A DNA stretch of 64,000 nucleotides from Eubacteriales bacterium (GCA_045660745.1 JAZREJ010000041.1:12656-76655), one strand, 5' to 3'; counted from the first letter of the stretch, positions 51,936-60,953 are shown. The notes: generated by a model not told the origin, from the sequence alone. Program-made: numbers and translations.

Positions 51936-53990
51936 ATGAAACTATTTACAGAATTCTATCCCTACGGCACACAGTATCACAGAGCGCCCACACCTCTCCC
52001 CGAGGAATGGGAGGGCGATATTAAGACTATTGCTGAAAAGGGGTATACACATATACAGTTCCGTCCTCAGTGGAGATGTCACGAGAGGGTACGCGGGAAA
52101 TACGTTTGGGATGATCTTGACAGGCTGTTCGAGCTTGCGGAAAAGTACAATATGAAGGTCGTTTTGAAGCCGATGCTTGAAAACGCTCCCGACTACGTGT
52201 ATACAAAGCTTGATGGAACGCGTATAAGCTTCCGCGGTCTGCCCATCGTTCCTCATGCCCCCGCGGCATACTACGTTGGCGGTTGGCTGCCTTGCTTTGA
52301 CAACCCCAAGGTAAGAAAGGCTGCCGCAAAATTTGTACGTGAGCTTACAAACAGATACAAGGACCATCCAAGCCTTTGGTTCTACAACGCGTGGAACGAG
52401 CCGAGAAGCCGTCCTATGGGACAGTGCTGCTGTAAGCATTCGGTGAAAAATTATCAGAATTGGTTGCGCGAGCGCTACGGCACGATAGAAAATCTCAACC
52501 GCACCTTTGGAAAGGAGTGGGAGAGCTTCAAGACTATCATTCCCCCTCACTCAAACGGATGCTACGTTGAAATGTTCTTATGGCGCCGGTGGGCGGCATA
52601 TGCACTTTCGGAGCACGTTGGTCTTGTTGCAGACGCGATACGCGAGGCTGACCCAAATGCCCGCGTAATGTGTCATGTCGGCGCATCCGCAGTTCATCAG
52701 GATCCTGTGTCCGATACGTCGGATGACTTCCTCAATTTCTCGAAGGTGGATTGGTACGGAACCTCTATGTGGATACCCTTCCGTCCCGAGACTCCCGCCG
52801 CATATAACGAGCTTTTCTATCAGGCAGCATGGCTCAGACGAGTTGACAAGAACTGGCAGTGCCATGAATTTTATCCGAATCAGGGTAACTGGTGGACTGA
52901 GGGCAAGCCATCGTTTGTGGAGCAGTCGATTCTTATGACGCTTGCGTCGGGTGCAAGAGGACTTACCTTCTGGCAGTACAGAAGCGAGCGCTTTGGTAAG
53001 GAATCAAACGGCTGGGGAATGAGAAATATCGACGGAAGTCCCACACCGAGAAGCGAGCGCTGTGACAGGGTTGCGGATTTTCTTAAAAACAACCCCGAAA
53101 TTGCACTTTCGGATTATAAAAAGCCTGAGGTTGCAGTATACTTCGATATTGAAAACGACCTTTTGATGAAGCTTCAGAAGATGGGCATCACAGGTGGCAA
53201 TCCCGAGGGCGGCAATCTAAACGAGACTTCCAACTACAAAACTGCATTCAAAGGCGCTCATACAACCCTGCGACGCATGGGACATACCGCTGATTACGTA
53301 GTAAACGGAGATGATCTCTCCTCCTATAAGTTAGTGACCGTAACTTCTCTTGAAATGACCGACGAATATGAAAGAGCCGCGTTTGAAGAGTATGTCAGAA
53401 ACGGTGGTATACTTTACATAGAGTACCCGTTTGCTTGCCGCGACGAAAAGACATGGGTATCTCCAACCCGTCCGAACCTCGGATTTGATGCCCTTACCGG
53501 CTGTCGCGAAGTACACAGAGTTGACTTTTCTTCATATGTTTCAAACGTTATAAAATTCAATGACGGACATGAGGAAACAGCAGCAGGCTGGCATATCACG
53601 CTCGAACCTGTTGCGGATGATGTAAAGGTGCTTGCTAATTGGAAGGATGGCGGTGTTGCTGTTGTTGAGAGACAGGTTGGGCGCGGTAAAGTTATCGTTT
53701 CTGCGGGTAGCTTCTCATCGTTTGCTCAGGAAAACTCCACCGAGATGATTCCCTCGCTTTACTACAAGCTCATGCTTTACGCAGGCCTTGAGATAAACGA
53801 AAGCCACGTATGGACTCTCTCAAGAGTATCGGATGAATTTGAATACCGCTTCTTCTTCAACACAAGTTATGATGATGCAACGGTTGAAAACTGCGGTGAG
53901 CTGATATTTGCTTCCGAGGAATGTACCGTTTCCGACAGCGGAACAGTTCTTCCTCACCAGACCTCCGCAATATACAGAATAAAGCTTTAA
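51936..53990 (+). CDS. GH42 family beta-galactosidase-like glycoside hydrolase
   Basis: ORF track 51885..53990; start moved to ATG 51936 behind GGAGG. Segments YPYGTQYHRAPTP, FYNAWNEPRS, LTFWQYRSERFGKESNGWG. Confidence 0.88.
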   Translation: MKLFTEFYPYGTQYHRAPTPLPEEWEGDIKTIAEKGYTHIQFRPQWRCHERVRGKYVWDDLDRLFELAEKYNMKVVLKPMLENAPDYVYTKLDGTRISFRGLPIVPHAPAAYYVGGWLPCFDNPKVRKAAAKFVRELTNRYKDHPSLWFYNAWNEPRSRPMGQCCCKHSVKNYQNWLRERYGTIENLNRTFGKEWESFKTIIPPHSNGCYVEMFLWRRWAAYALSEHVGLVADAIREADPNARVMCHVGASAVHQDPVSDTSDDFLNFSKVDWYGTSMWIPFRPETPAAYNELFYQAAWLRRVDKNWQCHEFYPNQGNWWTEGKPSFVEQSILMTLASGARGLTFWQYRSERFGKESNGWGMRNIDGSPTPRSERCDRVADFLKNNPEIALSDYKKPEVAVYFDIENDLLMKLQKMGITGGNPEGGNLNETSNYKTAFKGAHTTLRRMGHTADYVVNGDDLSSYKLVTVTSLEMTDEYERAAFEEYVRNGGILYIEYPFACRDEKTWVSPTRPNLGFDALTGCREVHRVDFSSYVSNVIKFNDGHEETAAGWHITLEPVADDVKVLANWKDGGVAVVERQVGRGKVIVSAGSFSSFAQENSTEMIPSLYYKLMLYAGLEINESHVWTLSRVSDEFEYRFFFNTSYDDATVENCGELIFASEECTVSDSGTVLPHQTSAIYRIKL

Positions 53991-53999
53991 GGAGATAGC

Positions 54000-56060
54000 A
54001 TGGAAAATATTTTTACAGATATATTCCCTTACGGTACTCAGTACCACAGAGCCCCTACTCCACTTCCCGAGGAATGGGAGGAAGACTTTCAAAACATAAA
54101 AAACAACGGATATACACACGTTCAGTTTCGTCCGCAGTGGAGATGGCATGAGAGGGTAAGAGGACAGTATACCTGGGATGACCTCGACCGTCTTTTCGAT
54201 CTTGCAGACGAATATGATATAAAGGTGGTTTTGAAGCCGATGCTTGAAAATGCCCCCGACTATGTCTATCATGAGCTTGGAGGTACTCGAATAGGCTTTA
54301 GAGGACACCCTATAGGTCCTATTTCACACGCAGCTTTTTATGTTGGCGGTTGGCTTCCTTGTTTTGATAATCCCGAGGTTGCAAAGGCTGCGGGAGATTT
54401 CGTCTTCGAGCTTGTATCAAGATATAAAAACCGTAAGAGTCTTTGGTTCTACAATGCATGGAATGAGCCGAGAAGCCGCCCCCTCGGACAGTGCACTTGT
54501 CCTCATTCAGTAAAGAAATACCGAGAATTTTTGAAAAACCGATTCGGTACTGTTGAAAACCTCAACCGTATTTACGGAAAGGCTTGGGAAAGCTTTGAGA
54601 CGATCACACCTCCTCTGTCAAGCTCTGATTACGTTGAACTGTTTTTGTGGAGAAGATGGGCGGCACAAGCGGTAGCAGAGCATATTTCCATTGCATCCGA
54701 AGCAATAAGACGTGCTGACCCGAATGCCAAGGTAATGTGTCACGTCGGTGCATCGTCTGTACGTCAGGACCCGGCTTGCGACACCTCCGACGATTTCCAA
54801 AACAAAGAAACCGTTGATTGGTACGGCACCTCCATGTGGATTCCAATGAACCCTGAGAATCCGCTTGAATATGACAGCACTCTTATTCAATCGTCCTGGC
54901 TCCACAGGGTAGATAAAAACTGGATGTGCCACGAATTCTACCCGAATCAGGGTAACTGGTGGCCCGAGGCAAAGCCCGAATATATCGAGCAAGCAGCTCT
55001 TATGGCGATATCCGTCGGATGCCGCGGACTTACCTTCTGGCAGTACAGAAGTGAGCGCTTTGGAGAAGAGTCAAACGGATGGGGAATGAGAAATATCAAC
55101 GGAAGTGCAACTCCGAGAAGCGAGCGCTTTGACCGACTCGGAAGAATACTTTCGACCGAGAAGGATCTTGCAAAAACTGATTACGTCGCACCTCCCGTCG
55201 CGCTCTACTTTGATATGGAAAACGATCTTCAGATGAGATTGCAAACTATAAACTCACCCACGGGTGAGGAGCTTGGACGCGTGCAACCCTCATACTCTCA
55301 CGCAACAAAGACCTCTGTAAACGGTGCTCACGCAACCCTCAGACGTCTTGGATATACGGCGGATTTCGTCGTAAAGGGGGATGACCTATCTCGCTATAAG
55401 GCGGTCGTTGTGTCCTCACTTGAAATGACAACAAACGTGGAGCGTGAAGCGTTTGAAAACTACGTTAAAAACGGTGGTGTTCTCTACATAGAATATCCCT
55501 TCGCTTGCCGTGATGAGAGAACTTGGGTATCTCCCAATCGTCCGAATTCGGGCTTTGAAGCACTCACCGGATGCCTTGAAGCGCACAGAGTTGAGTTCTC
55601 AAAGAGAATGACAAACAAGATGATATTCGAGGACGGCAGAATTGAAGAGACTGCGGGATGGCACGTAACTCTTGAGCCTATTGCAGACGACGTAAAGATT
55701 CTTGCACGCTGGGAGGAAGGTGGCGTTGCCGCGATCGAGCGTAAGGTAGGAAATGGAAAGGTCATTGTTTCTGGTGGAAACTTTTCAATATGGTCACACG
55801 ATCACTCGACAGAGGCTATTCCCTCACTCTTCGCAAAATCACTTGAGGATGCGGGTATCCGTGTCGACACCTCTCCTCTTTGGGTAATCGAGCGTGAATC
55901 GGATGAATATCTCTTCCGATTTGTGTTCAACACAGGAGACGAAAGTGTCGTGTGTGACAAGCTTGGTGAGATAGCATTCTCAGCAATTGAAATCACCGAA
56001 GGAAACGGAAAGATCACACTTCCTCCTCAAACGAGCGTAGTGTTTAAGATCAAAAAATGA
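54000..56060 (+). CDS. GH42 family beta-galactosidase-like glycoside hydrolase (tandem paralog)
   Basis: 686 aa, collinear with the preceding gene along its whole length (same YGTQYHRAPTPLPEEWE, FYNAWNEPRSRP and WQYRSERFG blocks). Confidence 0.88.
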   Translation: MENIFTDIFPYGTQYHRAPTPLPEEWEEDFQNIKNNGYTHVQFRPQWRWHERVRGQYTWDDLDRLFDLADEYDIKVVLKPMLENAPDYVYHELGGTRIGFRGHPIGPISHAAFYVGGWLPCFDNPEVAKAAGDFVFELVSRYKNRKSLWFYNAWNEPRSRPLGQCTCPHSVKKYREFLKNRFGTVENLNRIYGKAWESFETITPPLSSSDYVELFLWRRWAAQAVAEHISIASEAIRRADPNAKVMCHVGASSVRQDPACDTSDDFQNKETVDWYGTSMWIPMNPENPLEYDSTLIQSSWLHRVDKNWMCHEFYPNQGNWWPEAKPEYIEQAALMAISVGCRGLTFWQYRSERFGEESNGWGMRNINGSATPRSERFDRLGRILSTEKDLAKTDYVAPPVALYFDMENDLQMRLQTINSPTGEELGRVQPSYSHATKTSVNGAHATLRRLGYTADFVVKGDDLSRYKAVVVSSLEMTTNVEREAFENYVKNGGVLYIEYPFACRDERTWVSPNRPNSGFEALTGCLEAHRVEFSKRMTNKMIFEDGRIEETAGWHVTLEPIADDVKILARWEEGGVAAIERKVGNGKVIVSGGNFSIWSHDHSTEAIPSLFAKSLEDAGIRVDTSPLWVIERESDEYLFRFVFNTGDESVVCDKLGEIAFSAIEITEGNGKITLPPQTSVVFKIKK

Positions 56061-56161
56061 AAAAGTCGCCTTCGTAAAGTTCGCCTGCACTCACTAATCT
56101 CAGGGTAGACTTTTGCGTTACACGTAAATTGCGATGCAATTTCCTTAGTAATAAAAATACA

Positions 56162-56203
56162 AACCCCGAAACGCACTTGTTTTGAGTGCTTTTCGGGGTT
56201 TTG
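56162..56203. terminator. hairpin terminator between convergent GH42 and glpP genes
   Basis: AACCCCGAAA..GCACT / AGTGC..TTTCGGGGTT followed by TTTG on plus; T-rich on minus as well. Confidence 0.7.
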
Positions 56204-56215
56204 TTAAGATGTACA

Positions 56216-56249
56216 GAAAAAACACACGACATTTGTGTCGTGTGTTTTG
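56216..56249 (-). terminator. rho-independent terminator of glpP
   Basis: ACACACGACA (56222-56231) / TGTCGTGTGT (56236-56245). Plus A6 at 56216-56221 gives a U-run on the minus strand. Confidence 0.75.
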
Positions 56250-56251
56250 CT

Positions 56252-56782
56252 TTATCTCCAAAGCTCTCTTTTACCTGTTGAAACAGCAAACGCACCTGAA
56301 ACGTGCGCAAGAGCTACTTCCTCCTCAGTCTCAATAAGACCGCCTGCAATAATGGGAATAGTCACTCTGTCGCGGAAGAAGGAGATTGCCTTCGTTGCAA
56401 TTCCGGGCATAAGCTCAATCATATCAGGAAGATTCTTCTGCATGGTATCGACGGCAGTAGCAATTGAGTGGGAATCAACGATAAATACTCTTTGAACAGT
56501 TTTCATACCGAGATCCCTTGCCGACTTTATGATACTTGCGCGGGTACTTATTATACCATCAACACCGAGTGTCTTAAGATATAAACATCCTGACGTATCC
56601 TTGCCTATACCATCGGCAAAATCCATATGTACAAAAAGTCTCTTTCCCGCAGTGTGTACCTTTTCAAGAACACTCTGAAGCTCCATTATATCGGTCTTTA
56701 AAAGAAATATATCCGAAACGCTTGACAAAAGCGCTTCTTCTAAATCCCGCTGGTTTCTTACCGCTGCAATTATCTTTCCCAT
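56252..56782 (-). CDS. glpP: GlpP-family RNA-binding antiterminator
   Basis: ORF track 56252..56851; start moved to ATG 56782 behind GGAGGG. Strong resemblance to Bacillus subtilis GlpP as recalled from memory (DGIISTR, IPIIAGGLIETEEEV, STGKRELW). Confidence 0.85.
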   Translation of the reverse strand: MGKIIAAVRNQRDLEEALLSSVSDIFLLKTDIMELQSVLEKVHTAGKRLFVHMDFADGIGKDTSGCLYLKTLGVDGIISTRASIIKSARDLGMKTVQRVFIVDSHSIATAVDTMQKNLPDMIELMPGIATKAISFFRDRVTIPIIAGGLIETEEEVALAHVSGAFAVSTGKRELWR

Positions 56783-56794
56783 AAAACCCTCCAA

Positions 56795-56847
56795 AGAAAA
56801 AATAAGCGCACTACTGCTGCAGCATTTTGCCACAGCAGTATGTGCAC
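56795..56847 (-). terminator. leader terminator upstream of glpP (leader 2)
   Basis: Minus strand GTGCACATACTGCTG (56847-56833) / CAGCAGTAGTGCGC (56819-56806), loop containing GGCAAAATG, then TTATTTTTT. Confidence 0.7.
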
Positions 56848-56878
56848 TCAAAATCTCAGCAATTACTACAGTAACTTG

Positions 56879-56907
56879 ATTATAGCACCGAGTGAGATTT
56901 TTGTCAA
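56879..56907 (-). promoter_or_regulatory. consensus sigma-A promoter for glpP
   Basis: Minus strand TTGACA (56907-56902), 17 nt, TATAAT (56884-56879). Begins 8 nt after the malic enzyme stop. Confidence 0.75.
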
Positions 56908-56914
56908 GAATAAT

Positions 56915-58087
56915 TTATATTCTTGCAACGCCCGTCTCACGTGCGGTCTTGATAACCGCTTCTGCAACGACCTCAGCAACTCTCTTATCAAGAGCTGAAG
57001 CGATAATGTTTTCCTCAGAAAGCTCTTCGTCGCTGATAAGGGATGCGAGAGCAAAAGAGGTTGCAACCTTCATTTCCTCGTTGATGCAGGTAGCTCTGCA
57101 ATCAAGCGCACCGCGGAAGATACCGGGGAAAGCAAGTACGTTGTTTATCTGGTTGGGAAAGTCGGAGCGTCCTGTGCCGACAACTCTTGCACCTGCCTTC
57201 TTTGCTATGTCCGGCATGATTTCGGGAGTGGGGTTTGCCATGGGGAACATGATAGCATCATTCGCCATAGACTTTACCATATCCTCGTTTACGAGGTTTG
57301 GAGCGGAAACACCGATAAATACGTCAGCGCCAACGAGAGCATCAGCAAGAGTTCCTTTCTTGTGCTCAAGGTTTGTAACCTTAGAGATTTCTTCCTGTGC
57401 AACGTTGTTATTTTCGTCACCCTCGCAGATGATGCCGAAACGGTCGCAGAAGGTAAGATTTTTAACGCCGATGTTGAGGAGGTGACGTCCGATAGCGATA
57501 CCTGCACTTCCAGCGCCGTTGATAACTACTTTAACCTCACCGATCTCCTTCTTAACAACCTTAAGCGCGTTGATAAGAGCTGCCGCAACAACGATAGCTG
57601 TTCCGTGCTGGTCATCGTGGAAAATCGGGATATCACAGATTTCTTTAAGCTTTCTCTCAATCTCAAAGGAACGGGGAGCGGAAATATCCTCGAGGTTGAT
57701 ACCGCCGAAGCTTCCGGAGAGAAGATAAATCGTTCTTACAATTTCGTCAACGTCCTTGGACTTGATGCAAAGGGGGAATGCATCAACGTCTGCAAATTCC
57801 TTGAAGAGTGCACATTTACCCTCCATAACGGGCATACCTGCCTCAGGTCCGATATCACCGAGACCGAGGATTGCAGTACCATCGGTTATAACCGCAACGA
57901 GATTTGAACGACGGGTAAGGTCATAGGACTTGTTTATATCCTTGTTGATTTCAAGGCAAGGCTCTGCAACACCGGGGGTATATGCAAGAGAGAGATCCTG
58001 ACGGTCATTGATGGGGGCACGGGAGATAACTTCTATCTTACCCTTCCATTCGTAATGCTTTTTGAGTGATTCTTGTCTGATATCCAT
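56915..58087 (-). CDS. NAD(P)-dependent malic enzyme
   Basis: 390 aa. Segments AYTPGVAEPC, IPIFHDDQHGTAIV, INGAGSAGIAI. Confidence 0.92.
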   Translation of the reverse strand: MDIRQESLKKHYEWKGKIEVISRAPINDRQDLSLAYTPGVAEPCLEINKDINKSYDLTRRSNLVAVITDGTAILGLGDIGPEAGMPVMEGKCALFKEFADVDAFPLCIKSKDVDEIVRTIYLLSGSFGGINLEDISAPRSFEIERKLKEICDIPIFHDDQHGTAIVVAAALINALKVVKKEIGEVKVVINGAGSAGIAIGRHLLNIGVKNLTFCDRFGIICEGDENNNVAQEEISKVTNLEHKKGTLADALVGADVFIGVSAPNLVNEDMVKSMANDAIMFPMANPTPEIMPDIAKKAGARVVGTGRSDFPNQINNVLAFPGIFRGALDCRATCINEEMKVATSFALASLISDEELSEENIIASALDKRVAEVVAEAVIKTARETGVARI

Positions 58088-58090
58088 TTT

Positions 58091-59200
58091 TTAGTCCTCC
58101 CAAGGGAATTTATATTGTGTAAGACCAAGTGTGTTACGAACCTCTTCCATTTCCTTCTGAACAGATTCGTTGATCGGCACGCCCGACTCGCGTGCAAGGC
58201 GAACTTCATGTTCCTTCTCACCCGCAGTGTAGATACGCTCTGCATCGGGAGCTTTTCTGGAAGCACGAACTTCACGAAGAATATCGCCCGCCTTTTTACG
58301 GCAAACATCCTCACCGAGGAAGTGATCGGTATCGATTGCGATAAAGAAGTGCCCGAGGCAGTAGGGAACCTTGTTTCCATTTTCGTCCTTACCTGTAAGA
58401 GCCTTACCATAGCTGCCGTCCTGAAGAACTGCAGACATAAGCTCTACGAACATAGCAAAGCCGTAGCCCTTGTATCCGCATCCTTCTTCACCGGGACCGC
58501 CGAGAGTACAAAGTGCAGCCTCTCCGCGTGCCATAGCCTTAAGAGCATCCGCTGAAGTTCCCTCATAGGCTTCGCCCTCAAGATTTACCAGCGCGCCCTT
58601 GGGAGCGTCCTTGCCGATACGCGCATAATACTCGAGCTTGCCATTTTGGTAGGTGGAGCTTGCGGCATCAAAGTTAAAATCAAACGCCTCGTCGGTGGGG
58701 ACGCCGAGAGTTAATGGGTTGGTACCGAACATACCCTCAACACCGAAGGTGGGGGCAACTGTTGGACGTGCGTTTGTACCTGTCATACCTACACAACCCG
58801 CTTTAGCTGCCATGGAAGTGTAATAGCCGGCGATACCATAGTGGCAGGAGTTACGAACAACTACCATACCCATACCATATTCTTTAGCTTTTGCAATAGC
58901 CATCGACATCGCCTTGTGACCGATGACCTGACCCATACCATGATGTCCGTCAACAACGGCAGTGGTGGGGGTTTCCTTGATGATTTCAAAGTTTGTAATT
59001 GGGTTCTGGATACCGTCTCTGATTCTGTCGAGATAAACTGGCTTGAAGCGGTTAACACCGTGAGATTCGATACCTCTCTTATCGGATTCGAGAAGAACGT
59101 CAGCACATATCTCTGCATCCTCTCTGGGAATTCCGTAACCTACGAAAGCGTCGATAACGAAATTCGTGATTGTTTTCCAATCGACAATGTTGCTTTTCAT
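58091..59200 (-). CDS. Ldh2 (malate/L-lactate dehydrogenase type 2) family oxidoreductase
   Basis: 369 aa. Segments ESHGVNRF, DGHHGMGQV, GYKGYGFAMFVELMS; RBS GGAGG. Confidence 0.82.
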   Translation of the reverse strand: MKSNIVDWKTITNFVIDAFVGYGIPREDAEICADVLLESDKRGIESHGVNRFKPVYLDRIRDGIQNPITNFEIIKETPTTAVVDGHHGMGQVIGHKAMSMAIAKAKEYGMGMVVVRNSCHYGIAGYYTSMAAKAGCVGMTGTNARPTVAPTFGVEGMFGTNPLTLGVPTDEAFDFNFDAASSTYQNGKLEYYARIGKDAPKGALVNLEGEAYEGTSADALKAMARGEAALCTLGGPGEEGCGYKGYGFAMFVELMSAVLQDGSYGKALTGKDENGNKVPYCLGHFFIAIDTDHFLGEDVCRKKAGDILREVRASRKAPDAERIYTAGEKEHEVRLARESGVPINESVQKEMEEVRNTLGLTQYKFPWED

Positions 59201-59226
59201 CTTTTTTCCTCCAAAATATTAATTCC

Positions 59227-59275
59227 AACAAAAAAGCGCACTTATCCCATCGTATTTGCCGATAAATAAGTGCAC
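59227..59275 (-). terminator. leader terminator upstream of the Ldh2-family gene (leader 1)
   Basis: Minus strand GTGCACTTAT (59275-59266) / ATAAGTGCGC (59245-59236), inner ATCG/CGAT stem, loop containing GGCAAATA, then TTTTTTGTT. Confidence 0.7.
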
Positions 59276-59297
59276 TCTAAAATCTCAATGCGTAGAT

Positions 59298-59326
59298 ATT
59301 ATAATAGATTTTTTGAATATTGTCAA
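59298..59326 (-). promoter_or_regulatory. consensus sigma-A promoter for the Ldh2/malic enzyme operon
   Basis: Minus strand TTGACA (59326-59321), 17 nt, TATAAT (59303-59298). Confidence 0.75.
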
Positions 59327-59756
59327 GCATAATTCTGCAAACAGCATGATTATTCTTCCACACTCACTATTTTACGGATTCACACCCCTTGCCAAACAGA
59401 TCAAGTGTAAGCGACGTACCGCTAAACTTTTTTCACAATCTAACTCCTTTTAGTCTATAAAATAGTATAAAAACCGCCAGAAATCTGCTTTTCAGAGCTT
59501 TGCTTGTTGCAAAATCTATTGTCTCTCGTAACAGCAAGCCTCTCACAGATACAGCATTGAGCTTTTATCAGTGGAAACATTTTACGTTTATTTTATCACA
59601 ATTAATAATTTTTTTAATCCTATATCGGTAAATATCTTGTTCCTCATAATATTACGTGCTCATTATTCACCCGATTTTACAAGCGGACATCATATCGGAG
59701 CAAGTCAAACAGACACGGGATATTCCGATCTCTTGTTTTTTTGAAGAGAGCCTTTT

Positions 59757-60953
59757 CTACCGTTTTGATCTTAGTTTTACGTTCTTATAGAGAAAAAACA
59801 GTCCGAAGGTCAGAGTTATCGGAAATACTGTGGCAGTAAGTAAGCCTATTTTCAGGTCTCCGCCCGCCATTTCCGAGAATTTGCCCACCATAGCAGGGCT
59901 TACGGTTGCCCCCAAGTCTCCAGCCAAAGCCAAAAAGGCAAACATAGCAGTTCCGCCTCGCGGACATTTTTGAGAGGAAATACTGATCGTTCCGGGCCAC
60001 ATGATTCCGACGGCAAGACCGCAAAGAGCGCAACCTACCAAGCCTAATATCGGCAAAGGAGACAGCGACGCAATCAAATAACATGCTGTACAGGAAGCTC
60101 CGCATAAAAGCATGGTTTTTGTAAGGTTGAGATTTTGGCTCATTTTTCCGTATGACATACGGGCAACACCCATGAATGCCGCAAATAAACAAGCGCCCGC
60201 CAGATCTCCTACAGTTTTGGATACTCCGAGTGCCGATTCGGTAAATGCAGATGTCCACTGGGACATGGTGGCTTCCGAAGCACCGGCACATATCATCAGA
60301 ATTATCATCAGCCAAAAGACAGGAACTCCGAATAACTGCTTTATACTCATGCTATTTCCGTCCTCAACCAGTCTTTCTATAGGACAGCGCATAAAATTAA
60401 ATGCGTTATACAGCGGAACCAAAGCCCAGATAAAGGTAAGTATTTTCCAGCTTTCTATACCGAATATTGTGAAAAATGCTGTTGACCCCAATATCACTCC
60501 TACCGCACCCCAGCAGTAAAATGAGTGCAACAGACTCATCATGCCGTCTTTGTTTTCAAAAGGACACGCCTCAACGATTGGACTTACAAGTACCTCGATA
60601 AGACCGCTGCCTATTGCGTAAAAAATTACGGCAATAAGCAGTCCGACAAACGGTGCTGACATTATATCCGGCAAAATCGCCATTAAAACAAGTCCCACCG
60701 ATGACAACAGCTGTGATGCAACCACACAGATCCGATAACCTATTCTGTCGGCATATTTTGTGGCTGCCAGATCCGTGAGTAATTGTGTAAAATAAAATAC
60801 CAAAGGAATAAGAGCTATTTTTTCAAGCGAAATTCCGTAGGTTCCTTTAAAGGTCAAGAACAATAGCGGCGAAAAGTTCGCCGATATTGATTGTGTTACA
60901 AATCCGAGATAACAGGCCACCAATGTTTTTTTGTAATTCTTTTGCTTTACCAT
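59757..60953 (-). CDS. MFS transporter
   Basis: 398 aa with about 12 TM segments. Confidence 0.85.
   Translation of the reverse strand: MVKQKNYKKTLVACYLGFVTQSISANFSPLLFLTFKGTYGISLEKIALIPLVFYFTQLLTDLAATKYADRIGYRICVVASQLLSSVGLVLMAILPDIMSAPFVGLLIAVIFYAIGSGLIEVLVSPIVEACPFENKDGMMSLLHSFYCWGAVGVILGSTAFFTIFGIESWKILTFIWALVPLYNAFNFMRCPIERLVEDGNSMSIKQLFGVPVFWLMIILMICAGASEATMSQWTSAFTESALGVSKTVGDLAGACLFAAFMGVARMSYGKMSQNLNLTKTMLLCGASCTACYLIASLSPLPILGLVGCALCGLAVGIMWPGTISISSQKCPRGGTAMFAFLALAGDLGATVSPAMVGKFSEMAGGDLKIGLLTATVFPITLTFGLFFLYKNVKLRSKR

Noticed and set aside
56176-56190. TTTTGAGTGC, matching 10 nt of the conserved GlpP-leader flank
   Set aside because: It is on the opposite (plus) strand, forms part of the convergent-gene terminator hairpin, and lacks the promoter, the GUGCAC/GUGCGC helix and the GGCAAA loop. 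It is probably a chance match.
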